Part shown: positions 8,333 through 18,414 of the stretch, one piece after another
Layout: each line of letters opens with the position of its first letter
Position numbering within the stretch: the first letter of the stretch is position 1
Source: a bacterium
Lineage (GTDB): Bacteria > Electryoneota > Electryoneia > Electryoneales > Electryoneaceae
Length of the DNA: 64,000 bases
NCBI GenBank assembly: GCA_963675295.2
Contig: CAXXKJ010000002.1
Location: forward strand, 3,104,001 to 3,168,000
Reading direction: 5' to 3'
Made by a program: the position numbers and the translations under genes
Notes under the pieces: generated by a model
Database searches by the model: none
Seen by the model: the letters and a program-made list of their open reading frames with translations, nothing else
Told to the model about the DNA's origin: nothing

Positions 8333-11164
8333 ATGAAGTTTACCACGAAAATCCTGATGATGCCGCTGGCGGCACTGCTTGCGTTGACAACGATTTTCGG
8401 GTTGTTGTGGCGCACCGGTACCACCACCCTGCAGCAGTATGACCTCATCCAGGAAGAGCACGTCCATGCTCTCGAACTCAGCCACAAGATGGAAAAGCTG
8501 GCGATTGAGATTCGCCAGAATCTTGCCGATGCAGCCACGGTCGGCGATCCGGACCGTGTCCTCGAAGCGGACAGCCTCGCACGTGAATTTCGCTCCGATC
8601 TGGAGGAATTCAAGAGCATTCCCAGTGTTGACGTCGCCAGCATCACCGTCGTCAGTGCCACCTTCAGCGAATATTACGACCACGCGCGCAACACGTCATT
8701 GCGGATGCTGGATCAGGAACTGAGTGACGACCTGATCGCGGAAGCGATCCAGATGAACGCCGACTTTGAGCAACTGGTGGACCAGCTCGATGTCGCCACT
8801 CAACGCCGTCAACAGGGCATTGCGGACGCGTTCGACGTCGCCCGCGAGAGTCTGCAACACTCGGGCAAGGGGATCAGCCTGACCATTCTCGCGTTGCTAC
8901 TGGTGTTGCTGGCAGTGTCTTTCGCAGCGATAGCGTCGGTGTTGCGTCCGCTCCGACGTTTGATGAACGCGACCGAGGCGATCACTCGTGGCGACCTGAA
9001 CGCGAACATCGATTACGACTGCAAGGACGAGATGGGTCGTTTGGCCGACTCGTTCCGGCACATGCAGACCAGCCTGATTGCGGACATCGAACGCCGCGAG
9101 AAGATGGAAGCGGCGATCCGTGACAGCGAAAAGATGTACCGTCTGCTGGCGGACAACAGTTCGGATGTCATCTGGACGATGGACCGGGAAGGCCGGTTCA
9201 CCTACTTCAGTCCGTCCGTGCATCGTCACCTCGGCTACACCCCTACCGAAGCTATCGGGCTGACGATGGAGGATCTGTTTCCGGATACCCAATGCGTCGA
9301 ATTTCGTGCGGCCACAGAACAGTTGTTTGACCGCAAGAATGTTCGTCACGATTCCGTCCAGGACACCAAGCTGCTGCGCCGCAAAGACGGCAACACCATC
9401 TGGTCGGAGATTACCGCCAACCTGTTGATCGACGAAACGGGCGAGGCGGTTGGCTTGAGCGGTGTCGCGCGTGACATCACCGACCGCAAGCTGGCACAGG
9501 AAGCGCTGCGTGAAAGCGAAGAACGGCTGCGTTCCATTTTCATGAACAGCACGCTCGGCATTTTTCGCACCACTCCGCAGGGTAAGGTTATCGCCGCGAA
9601 TCCAGCCGCTGCTGAGATGTTCGGATACGAGGACCCCGAGGAAACCGCGCGTGAGATTGACGACATCTCGCAGGAATTGTACGCGGACCCGGAAGATCGT
9701 GTCTGGGTGATGGAAGCGTTACAACTCAACGGGCAGATGAACGCCGAGCTGATGTTCCGCCGTCGTGGCGCGGACGATTCCCACTTCCCCGCTCAGCTCA
9801 ACTTGTGGACGGTAGCCAACGAAGACGGCAGCATCCGTTGCATCGAGGGCATGATCGAGGACATCACCGACCGCCGCCAGTTGCTGGAAGCGGTGCGGCA
9901 GAGCGAGGAACGGCTGCAGCTCGCGTTTGACGCCGCCAATGACGGGTTGTTTGATCACAACCTGAAGACTGGCACGATGTACCTCAGCCCACGCTATTAC
10001 AGCATGCTGGGGTATGAGCCGGGCGATTTCGAACCGAGCATGAACAAGGTCATCGAGCTGCTGCATCCGGATGATTTTGAAAAGGGCCCGCAGGCGTTCG
10101 AAAAACACCGGAAGACGGGCGAACCATACGATCTGGAAGCCCGTTTCCGTCACAAGAACGGCGAGTGGATCTGGATTCATACCCGCGGCAAGGTGGTCGA
10201 GTGGGACGAAGATGGTGAGCCGTTGCGCTTCGTCGGCACCAACGTTGACATCACCAAGCGCAAGCAGGCCGAAGAAGAGCTGAAGCTGGCGCAGCAGGAA
10301 CTGCTGGACGCCGCCCACAACGCCGGCATGGCCGAGATTGCGACCAGCGTGCTGCACAATGTCGGCAACGCATTGAACGGCGCAATCACCTCGACGACGG
10401 TGATGGATAAAACGCTGAAACACACGCGTCTCAGCCATCTCACCCGTCTCGCCGGCCTGATCGACCAGCACAAGGACGATCTCGCGAACTTCGTCGCCAC
10501 CAGCGAACAGGGCAAGAAGCTGCCGCAGTTCTTCAACCAGTTGAGCGAAGTCATTTCCGGCGAACACGCCCGCATCAAGGACGAATTAAAGTCTTTGGAG
10601 AAGAGCCACGAACACATCCGCCAGATCATCGCGCTGCAACAGCAGTATGCAGGCATGCCGGGCTACAAGGAGGATGTGTACGCGGCGGATTTGGTCAATG
10701 ACGCGGTGCAGTTGTTCGGGGCGTCGTTCCAGCGGCACAGCATCAAGTTCAAGGTCGACCGTCCGAAGAATTTGCCGGCGGTACATGTTGAAAAGCACAA
10801 GGTGCTGCAGATCCTGATTAACCTGCTGAAAAACGCGCGCGACGCGGTGCGCGACACGGATCGCAGTGACCGCGAGATCACGGTGCACATCCATCAGAAC
10901 GGCACCGATGATCTGAAGATCGAGGTGAAAGACAACGGTGTCGGGATCCGGGACGAGGACATGCAGAAGATCTTCGGCTACGGATTCACCACCAAGCGCG
11001 ACGGGCATGGTTACGGCCTGCACGGTTGCGCCAACAGTGCCCGGGAGATGGGCGGTGAACTGACAGCCAGCAGCGAAGGGGCGAACAAGGGTGCTACCTT
11101 CACGCTGACGCTTCCACTGGAAGAAACCGAGGATCAACGTGCCCGAACCGCAGACGTGGAATAA
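8333..11164 (+). CDS. Membrane sensor histidine kinase, HAMP + 3 PAS
   Basis: Two TM segments, HAMP (DEMGRLADSF), three PAS ending DITDR/DITKR, H-box VLHNVGN, NLLKNA, DNGVGI, GHGYGL. Confidence 0.92.
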   Translation: MKFTTKILMMPLAALLALTTIFGLLWRTGTTTLQQYDLIQEEHVHALELSHKMEKLAIEIRQNLADAATVGDPDRVLEADSLAREFRSDLEEFKSIPSVDVASITVVSATFSEYYDHARNTSLRMLDQELSDDLIAEAIQMNADFEQLVDQLDVATQRRQQGIADAFDVARESLQHSGKGISLTILALLLVLLAVSFAAIASVLRPLRRLMNATEAITRGDLNANIDYDCKDEMGRLADSFRHMQTSLIADIERREKMEAAIRDSEKMYRLLADNSSDVIWTMDREGRFTYFSPSVHRHLGYTPTEAIGLTMEDLFPDTQCVEFRAATEQLFDRKNVRHDSVQDTKLLRRKDGNTIWSEITANLLIDETGEAVGLSGVARDITDRKLAQEALRESEERLRSIFMNSTLGIFRTTPQGKVIAANPAAAEMFGYEDPEETAREIDDISQELYADPEDRVWVMEALQLNGQMNAELMFRRRGADDSHFPAQLNLWTVANEDGSIRCIEGMIEDITDRRQLLEAVRQSEERLQLAFDAANDGLFDHNLKTGTMYLSPRYYSMLGYEPGDFEPSMNKVIELLHPDDFEKGPQAFEKHRKTGEPYDLEARFRHKNGEWIWIHTRGKVVEWDEDGEPLRFVGTNVDITKRKQAEEELKLAQQELLDAAHNAGMAEIATSVLHNVGNALNGAITSTTVMDKTLKHTRLSHLTRLAGLIDQHKDDLANFVATSEQGKKLPQFFNQLSEVISGEHARIKDELKSLEKSHEHIRQIIALQQQYAGMPGYKEDVYAADLVNDAVQLFGASFQRHSIKFKVDRPKNLPAVHVEKHKVLQILINLLKNARDAVRDTDRSDREITVHIHQNGTDDLKIEVKDNGVGIRDEDMQKIFGYGFTTKRDGHGYGLHGCANSAREMGGELTASSEGANKGATFTLTLPLEETEDQRARTADVE

Positions 11165-12566
11165 CCGTCGCATTCTCCTCGTGGACGACCAGGAACAGAT
11201 CCACGAGGATTACCGCAAGATTCTCACCCCGGACGACTCCCACGGGCAGGAAGTCGACCAGCTCGCCAGCGATTTCTTCGGCGACGACGACAGCGAACCG
11301 TCCGCTGGCAACAGCAACCAAGTCGAACTCCCATCATTCCAGCTCGAATCCGCCTACCAGGGCCAGGAAGCGCTGGAAATGGTCAAACAGGCGCTGGAGG
11401 CGGGAATTCCGTACTCGCTGGCGCTGGTGGATGTGCGCATGCCGCCAGGCTGGGACGGCATCGAGACCATCGACCGCATCCTTCGTGTCGACAAGGACAT
11501 CCAGATCGTCATCTGCACCGCCTATGCAGACTATGTCTGGGAGGATATCCACGACACCTTCGGCGCGCGCGACAACATCCTCTTCATGCGCAAGCCGTTC
11601 GACGCAACCGAGGTTCAGCAGCTAGCGTGCACATTGACCGAAAAGTGGAACCTCGCACGCCAGGCGAGGATGAAGGTCGAGGAGCTGGAAACCCTCGCTG
11701 ACCAGCGTACGCGTGAATTGCAGCAGAGCAACGAGGAACTGCAGGACGCGATGACCGACCTGCGCCGGACGCAAGTGCAGTTGATTCAGTCGGAGAAGAT
11801 GGCATCATTGGGTTCGATGGTCGCCGGTGTCGCGCATGAGATCAACACGCCGATCGGTGCCGTTGCCAGCATGCACAGCACGCTCGTCACCGCGATCAAG
11901 CGCATGAACGACATCCTCAATGACATGTGCGACGAATCCGACCCGCGGCTGAAAAAGCTGGAAAAGACGATGAAGGTGATCGGCGACGCAAACCGGGTGA
12001 TTTCGTCCGGCACCGAACGTGTCACCACCATCGTCAAGCGGCTCAAGAGTTTCGCGCGGCTGGATGAGGCCGAGCTGAAGACGGTCGATATTCATCAGGG
12101 ATTGGACGATACGCTCGAAATCGCGCATCACGAACTGAAGTACGCGGTGAAAGTGGTACGGGAATACGGCGATGTGCCGGAATTCGCCTGCTACCCGAGC
12201 AAGCTGAACCAGGTGTTCCTCAACCTGTTCATGAACAGCCGCCAGGCGATTGAAACCACGGGCACGTTGACCATCCGCACCCGGGTTGAAAACAATCAGG
12301 TGGTCATCGAAGTCGCGGACACCGGCAAGGGCATCAAGGCGGAGAATCTGAAACGCATCTTCGACCCTGGGTTTACGACGAAGGGTGTCGGAGTCGGCAC
12401 CGGGCTCGGCCTGTCCATCGTGTTCCAGATCATTGAAGAACACTTCGGCACAATTGAAGCCAGCAGCGAAGTCGGGGTCGGGACGACATTTACCATCCGT
12501 TTACCGCTGGATCTGGAAGAACGCATCGAACGCAAGAAGAGGGGCGGCAAACCGCACTCTGCGTGA
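11139..12566 (+). CDS. Receiver-histidine kinase hybrid
   Basis: LLVDD..DVRMPPGWDG..CTAY..KPFD receiver; EKMASLG..AHEINTP H-box; GTGLGL G2 box. Confidence 0.92.
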   Translation: MPEPQTWNNRRILLVDDQEQIHEDYRKILTPDDSHGQEVDQLASDFFGDDDSEPSAGNSNQVELPSFQLESAYQGQEALEMVKQALEAGIPYSLALVDVRMPPGWDGIETIDRILRVDKDIQIVICTAYADYVWEDIHDTFGARDNILFMRKPFDATEVQQLACTLTEKWNLARQARMKVEELETLADQRTRELQQSNEELQDAMTDLRRTQVQLIQSEKMASLGSMVAGVAHEINTPIGAVASMHSTLVTAIKRMNDILNDMCDESDPRLKKLEKTMKVIGDANRVISSGTERVTTIVKRLKSFARLDEAELKTVDIHQGLDDTLEIAHHELKYAVKVVREYGDVPEFACYPSKLNQVFLNLFMNSRQAIETTGTLTIRTRVENNQVVIEVADTGKGIKAENLKRIFDPGFTTKGVGVGTGLGLSIVFQIIEEHFGTIEASSEVGVGTTFTIRLPLDLEERIERKKRGGKPHSA

Positions 12567-12729
12567 GGTGAACGGTCAATAGCGGAGCGCTCTCCGGTGC
12601 TCCCGAACGTTCCCCGGATTCCTCCCCCCCGCACATCCCGTCCTATACTCACGTTTAGCTTTTTTTCAGCCGTTTTCTACGGCACCACAGGGTTCATCAC
12701 GATCGGTTTCGATTGCGGTGGGAGAACGC

Positions 12730-14052
12730 ATGAAGCCATTCCTTAAGACTTTTTCCATTGGATTCACTGTCATCCTGCTGGCGGGTCTCGTGCTTTGTCC
12801 GGAGCGTGTTTTCGCCGGGGACGATGACACAATCTACCAGCCGTCCATGACTCACGCGGACAGCGTGAAAGCGTGGCAGGAAGCGGTAGACAACGACAAC
12901 GCGCTGGATGTCACCGGCGACGTGATCGGCGAAGTTGTCTTTATCCCGTTGCGAGTCGTGTTCACCGGTGTCCGGGAAGGCGCACGGATCGTCAGCGAGG
13001 AGCAGCTGATCGCCAAGGTGGACGATTTCCTCTCGTCCGATGATGGCACCCGCCGAGTCGTGCCAATCGCTTCGCCGACCACCGGCCTCGGCGCGAAGTT
13101 CAAGTACAAGCCGGACCCGACGATCAAGGCGAATATCGCGCTGCTCGGGGCGTGGTGGATGTACGGCCGCCAGACCTACCGTCTGCACGCCGAAAAATGG
13201 CCGTTGCTGCCGCATGTCACCGGCCACCTCGCCGGCGAATACCATCTCTATCCCGACGAACGGTTCTATGGCATCGGGATGGCGACGAAGAAGTCAGATG
13301 AAGTGTTCTACCGGCACGAAGCGACATTCGCCGAAGCCGGGCTTGGATTCGACCTGCATCGCTGGCTGGAACTGACCGCACATGGCGAATACCGCGCGAA
13401 CAACCTCTACAACAGCGTGCTGAAGCCAACCGTCAACTTCGACACCTACGGTAGTGTGCAGAACCTGGCGCCGTATTCGGGCCGGATTGACATGGCCAGC
13501 ACCACACTGGCACTCGAGTTTAACACCGCGGTCAACCGTGCACGCCCGATGAACGGTTTCGTCACCAGGGTTTCCGGCGGATATCACAACCAGGTGGATG
13601 GCGACGATTTCGGCTACTGGGACTCTCGTGTCCTGATCGGGAAATACTTCCACATCATGTACGAGCGGGTGCTGTATTTCGACATCGCCGGCCAGTTCAC
13701 CGAACCGTTGACCGATCGTGCGATTCCGTTCTTTGAATTGCCGGAGTTGGGTGGCCGGGAAACGTTACGCGGCTTCAAGCGCGGACGCTACAGCGGCGAG
13801 CACACGGTACTGGGAACGGTCGAATACCGCATGCCGATCCGTGACATCTGGTCGGAATCGGGCTTCGATTTCGCCTTCTTCGCCGACTGGGGCAAGGTTG
13901 TGCAGGATGATGTCAGCGACTGGGACATGGATTCGATGCAGATCGGGTATGGATTCAGCTTGCAAACGTGGACGCTGGCCGGTGCGGCCGCGCGTCTCGA
14001 CGTCGGTTTCAGCCGTGAAGGCACACGGCTTTACTTCACCATGGGGTTGTGA
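12730..14052 (+). CDS. Omp85 (BamA/TamA-family) beta-barrel without recognisable POTRA domains
   Basis: Signal peptide; loop-6 motif LGGRETLRGF..GRYSG; VEYRMPI; FADWGKV; terminal strands LYFTMGL. Confidence 0.82.
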   Translation: MKPFLKTFSIGFTVILLAGLVLCPERVFAGDDDTIYQPSMTHADSVKAWQEAVDNDNALDVTGDVIGEVVFIPLRVVFTGVREGARIVSEEQLIAKVDDFLSSDDGTRRVVPIASPTTGLGAKFKYKPDPTIKANIALLGAWWMYGRQTYRLHAEKWPLLPHVTGHLAGEYHLYPDERFYGIGMATKKSDEVFYRHEATFAEAGLGFDLHRWLELTAHGEYRANNLYNSVLKPTVNFDTYGSVQNLAPYSGRIDMASTTLALEFNTAVNRARPMNGFVTRVSGGYHNQVDGDDFGYWDSRVLIGKYFHIMYERVLYFDIAGQFTEPLTDRAIPFFELPELGGRETLRGFKRGRYSGEHTVLGTVEYRMPIRDIWSESGFDFAFFADWGKVVQDDVSDWDMDSMQIGYGFSLQTWTLAGAAARLDVGFSREGTRLYFTMGL

Positions 14053-14054
14053 TC

Positions 14055-15719
14055 ATGAAAACTCGCGACGCCATGATTGTGCTGCTCGTTTTATTGACGC
14101 TGACAGGTTCGTGCTTCGCTGGGGCGTACACCCCTCCCCCGCCGGTGCCGGATGACAGTGCGCCAATTCCGAAGCCGGAGTTTTCCGGCGCGCTGGATGA
14201 CTTCGCGGAAGGTATCAACTACGAATTCATTTACAGCCTGAAGAATACGCTGAACATCAGCCGTCAAATCCGTTGGCTGACCGATACACCGAAGCAGGCG
14301 TTGAACGTCAACGCGTTCGGCGAGGTGGACGATAATTCGTGGTTCACCAACCGGAACGCGCTGCACCCAATGAGCCTCGACGAAATCTCTCGCGGGGCGT
14401 GCCGTGGTGACGGTCCGGACACGGAACACACGTGGATCATCAAGCGTGCGAAAGCGGAAGGTGTCACTCCCGGCTTTCACATCAAGGACGCCCGCGGCGA
14501 CCGCTACGTCATCAAGTTCGACCCGATCGGCTACGGTGGGCTGAATTCCGGCGCGGATGCCTGTGGCGCGATATTCTTTTACGCGGCAGGCTACAACGCC
14601 CCTGAGAACTACATCGTCTACTTCGATCCCTCGATCCTGCAGCTTGATCCGGACGGCGTATCGTTCACCGATTCCGATGGCCGCAAGCGGCATATGACCG
14701 AAGAGGATCTGGAGGCCGTACTGGACCGTGTCAACATTCTGCCGGACGGCCGCATCCAGTGCCTCGCCAGCAAGTACATCCAGGGCGATCTGCTCGGTCC
14801 GTTTTCGTTCAAGGGCACGCGCGAGGATGACCCCAACGACTTCGTCCCGCACCATCACCGGCGCGAGTTGCGCGGGCAGAAGGCGTTCGCGGTGTGGGTC
14901 AATCACTACGACGCCAAGGGCGCGAACTCGATGGACGCCTACGTCGGCGAAGACGGCGATGGGCATGTCGTCCACTACATGATGGACTTCGGCACCGTGC
15001 TCGGTTCGGGCGGACGCGGCCCGTATCCGCTCTTCCGTGGTTACGAGGACGAAATCCCGACTGGTCCGTTGATGCGGAAGATTGTCACCCTCGGTCTCGA
15101 TGTCCGCGACTACGAAAAGCCGGACCCGGTGCTGTATCCGAGTGTCGGCCGTTTACGCAATGCGTCACTGAACCCGGACAAGTACCGCACTGTGTTCCCG
15201 AATCCGGCGTACGACAACGCCACCGACCTCGATATGTACTGGGGTACGAAACTGGTGACGTCGTTCACCGACGAACAGATCCGGGCGATCATCGAAACTG
15301 GTCCGTATCCGCCGGGCGGGGTTGACCACCTGGTGACCGTGCTCAGCGAACGCCGTGACATCATCGGCCGCACTTACTTCGGCCGGGTCAATTGCCTTGA
15401 CCGGTTCGAGATGGCCGACACGGACGTACTCGCGTTCGACGATCTCTGGGTCGAGATGGGCTACAGCGCGGCGGACGATGTCGTGTACAAATACGAACTG
15501 CAGAATGAGGACGGCGAAGTCCTCTCCTGCGGCGAATTTGCCGGCACCGAGCTCGAGCTGCCTCTGATCCCGGACAGGCTGGGTGAACACAACCAGATAC
15601 GAGTGGAGTTGCGTCTGAAGCGGAGTGATGAAAAGAAGTTCGGGCGATACGTTCGAGTATGGCTCGAAGACGATCTCGCAGGCGGGTATCGTCTCCTCGG
15701 TGTGGAACGGGAGGAATAG
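14055..15719 (+). CDS. Secreted protein with protein-kinase-like (PI3/4K/HipA-like) fold
   Basis: Hydrophobic N-terminal signal; KAEGVTPGF, YVIKFD, HYDAKGAN (DxKxxN) and MDFG motifs in kinase order. Confidence 0.6.
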   Translation: MKTRDAMIVLLVLLTLTGSCFAGAYTPPPPVPDDSAPIPKPEFSGALDDFAEGINYEFIYSLKNTLNISRQIRWLTDTPKQALNVNAFGEVDDNSWFTNRNALHPMSLDEISRGACRGDGPDTEHTWIIKRAKAEGVTPGFHIKDARGDRYVIKFDPIGYGGLNSGADACGAIFFYAAGYNAPENYIVYFDPSILQLDPDGVSFTDSDGRKRHMTEEDLEAVLDRVNILPDGRIQCLASKYIQGDLLGPFSFKGTREDDPNDFVPHHHRRELRGQKAFAVWVNHYDAKGANSMDAYVGEDGDGHVVHYMMDFGTVLGSGGRGPYPLFRGYEDEIPTGPLMRKIVTLGLDVRDYEKPDPVLYPSVGRLRNASLNPDKYRTVFPNPAYDNATDLDMYWGTKLVTSFTDEQIRAIIETGPYPPGGVDHLVTVLSERRDIIGRTYFGRVNCLDRFEMADTDVLAFDDLWVEMGYSAADDVVYKYELQNEDGEVLSCGEFAGTELELPLIPDRLGEHNQIRVELRLKRSDEKKFGRYVRVWLEDDLAGGYRLLGVEREE

Positions 15720-15720
15720 A

Positions 15721-16959
15721 GTGACGCTTCAGACCTCCTCCCGGATCCTCGTTCTGACCCTCGCCGTGGCGGTGTTGCTGAACGGTTGCGCGTCAAAAGG
15801 ACTGCTCACCGACCGCTACGACGCGGACGAAGTGGCTGTACCGCGGCTACTGCCCGAGGACCTGCACAATCACAACCCGCGCTTTATCGTGATCGGCGAT
15901 GAACAGAAGGGCCGTAGAGTCATCGAGGATTTCTACCGCAAGGAGAATTGGGCGACGTGGTGGCAGCTGGCGGTTCCGTTCTACCAGATCTACCTGTTGT
16001 ACAACGGCATCTCTGGCGGGATCAATTACCTCCGGCACGTGCCGGACGCCGGTGACGAAACGCGCACCATGATGCGGGACGTGCTGTATCGTGACGCGAA
16101 GGAGTTCGGCGCGACGTTCGTCCTTGAAACCGGCGACATCGCCGCTGCGGACGGACGCTACCCCGACCACTGGGAGGTGTTTCTTGAGGGCAAGAAGTGG
16201 TCGCATCCGTTCCTGTCCGAAATTCCCTACGTGCCGACCATCGGCAATCACGAGTGGGCCAACGACACCACCTACGCGTGGCCGAACTACCAGGCGGTGT
16301 TCGACTATCCGCGATTTTACGCGATGGAATTCAAGTCAGCCGTGTTGATCGTGCTGGACTCCAATTTTCTCGTCGACCAGTGGGAGCTGATCCCGGACGA
16401 CGAGCAGGAGAAGCTGTACAAGGAATGGTTCGTCAGCGGCGAAGGTACGTCGTGGCTGGAAAAAACCCTGGCGAAGTATGCCGATAAACCGTTCAAGATT
16501 GTCAGCATGCACCACCCCCCCATTACGTACGGCTGGCACTGGGTTGACTGGTACAAGGACCATTTTGGCCGTAACCTGACAGACAAGCGTCGTGAGCTGC
16601 TGCAATTGTTCGCGGACAGTGGCGTGCAGGCCGTGTTCTCCGGACACGAACACATTTACCAGCACAATCCGACCCACCTGTTATCCGGTGGCAATACGCA
16701 CACTATCCACTTTTATACCAGCAGCGGCGGCGGAGTACCGATTCGGTCCGTGCCACCTGTCGAACAGTTGGAGGAGCTGCGGTACAAGTATCGCCAGGAA
16801 GGGTTGGGCGCTCATCAGCCAACAATCTTGAGTGAGTACCATTATTGTCTGGTGTCTGTCGAGGGTGACCGGCTGATCATCGACACGATGGTCGTGGACC
16901 GTGACGATCCAGAGCATGAATCGAGTTTGTTCGAACGGACGGTGATAGACGCACCCTGA
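15721..16959 (+). CDS. Calcineurin-like metallophosphoesterase, probable lipoprotein
   Basis: LLNGC lipobox-like; IGDEQ, TGDIA, IGNHE, MHHP and SGHEH metal motifs; GTG start after GGAGG. Confidence 0.87.
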   Translation: MTLQTSSRILVLTLAVAVLLNGCASKGLLTDRYDADEVAVPRLLPEDLHNHNPRFIVIGDEQKGRRVIEDFYRKENWATWWQLAVPFYQIYLLYNGISGGINYLRHVPDAGDETRTMMRDVLYRDAKEFGATFVLETGDIAAADGRYPDHWEVFLEGKKWSHPFLSEIPYVPTIGNHEWANDTTYAWPNYQAVFDYPRFYAMEFKSAVLIVLDSNFLVDQWELIPDDEQEKLYKEWFVSGEGTSWLEKTLAKYADKPFKIVSMHHPPITYGWHWVDWYKDHFGRNLTDKRRELLQLFADSGVQAVFSGHEHIYQHNPTHLLSGGNTHTIHFYTSSGGGVPIRSVPPVEQLEELRYKYRQEGLGAHQPTILSEYHYCLVSVEGDRLIIDTMVVDRDDPEHESSLFERTVIDAP

Positions 16960-17020
16960 CCGGCACAACCCAATTGATCTGCCAATCGCGCTGCAATCGT
17001 TTCGAGGGGGTAACGATCGA

Positions 17021-18361
17021 ATGACCAATCCATTCCAGGTGATTTCGGGGATCAAGCGCAAGGAATTGCCGCTGGCGCTGCTGATGTTCGCGTATTTCTT
17101 CCTCGTGATCACGAGCTTCTGGATTCTCAAGCCGATCAAGAAGTCGTTGTTCATCTCGTACTACGACGTCGGCGGATTCAATCTGTTCGGCTGGCTGATG
17201 AACGCCTCCCAGGCCGAACTGCTGGCGAAAGTGCTTAACATGGTCGTCGCGGTGGTCGCGGTGACGGTGTTTACGTTGCTCGTGCGACGCATGCGACGGC
17301 AACAACTGACCTACGTTTTCTCCGCCTTTTTCATCATCAGTTACGGTCTTTACACCTTCCTGCTCTCGAACCAGAGCGGCGCGGTGGTGTGGTCATTCTA
17401 CCTCTTCGGCGACCTGTACAGCACGTTGATGGTCGCCACCTTCTTCGCGTTCATGAACGACAGCGTCAATGCCAACGAAGCAAAGCGGATGTACGGCCTG
17501 GTGGTGCTCGGCGGGGTCACCGGCGGCGTGTTTGGTACCAGTTCGCTTCGGCTGTGGATTGACGCGCTGTCGTCGTCCCAGTGGATGTGGGTCCTGATTG
17601 CGGTTGCGTTTGTGATCCTGGTGATCGCGTATGCGGCCGGCCGGCTGGTTGAAAAGCGACCGTTGACCGCGGCGCCCGCACCAGCCCCGAAGCCGAAACC
17701 AGCGAAGGACGAACAGAAATCGTCCAGCAGGAATGCGGCGTTCGAAGGCGCGGCGCTGGTGTTCCGCAGCAAGTATTTGCTGGCGATTGTGGCGATTGTC
17801 GGGTTGTACGAGATCGTCAGCACCATCCTCGACTTTCAGTTTACCGCCACAGTGGCACATTTCAAGGACGGCGCGGAGATTGGTGAACACTTTTCGACAG
17901 TGTTCGCGATCACCAACTGGACCTCGCTGCTGGTGCAATTCTTCCTCACCTCGATCATTCTGTCACGGTTCGGGGTGATGGTCGCATTATCCATCCTGCC
18001 GATGATCATGATTTTTGCGTCTGGTGGATTCCTGGCGGTGCCGATCCTGTGGATGGGCAGCATGTTGAACACGGCGGACAACGGCTTCAGCTATTCAATC
18101 AACCAGTCGGCGAAGGAAACGCTGTATGTCCCGACCGACCGTGATACGAAGTACAAGGCGAAAGCGTTCATTGACATGTTTGTCCAACGGTTCGCAAAGG
18201 CGATAGCGGTCGGAGTGTCGCTGCTGGTGACCAGCATTTTCGCGTCGTTCGAGAGTATCCGTTGGCTGTCTTTGTTCACGATTGCGATTGTCGTGCTGTG
18301 GTTGATCGCGGTACGTTATGCCGGACGGGAGTTCAAGCGGTTGACGCAGGAGTCGAAGTAA
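17021..18361 (+). CDS. NTT/Npt1-Npt2 (TLC ATP/ADP translocase family) nucleotide transporter
   Basis: ~12 TM; ILKPIKKSLF, EAKRMYG, LDFQF, YSINQSAKETLYVP, KYKAKAFIDMFVQRF. Confidence 0.85.
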   Translation: MTNPFQVISGIKRKELPLALLMFAYFFLVITSFWILKPIKKSLFISYYDVGGFNLFGWLMNASQAELLAKVLNMVVAVVAVTVFTLLVRRMRRQQLTYVFSAFFIISYGLYTFLLSNQSGAVVWSFYLFGDLYSTLMVATFFAFMNDSVNANEAKRMYGLVVLGGVTGGVFGTSSLRLWIDALSSSQWMWVLIAVAFVILVIAYAAGRLVEKRPLTAAPAPAPKPKPAKDEQKSSSRNAAFEGAALVFRSKYLLAIVAIVGLYEIVSTILDFQFTATVAHFKDGAEIGEHFSTVFAITNWTSLLVQFFLTSIILSRFGVMVALSILPMIMIFASGGFLAVPILWMGSMLNTADNGFSYSINQSAKETLYVPTDRDTKYKAKAFIDMFVQRFAKAIAVGVSLLVTSIFASFESIRWLSLFTIAIVVLWLIAVRYAGREFKRLTQESK

Positions 18362-18414
18362 AAACAGACCGTGTGGTATCCGTTCTGTGATCTGGGAGTC
18401 TGGCACAGGAGGTC

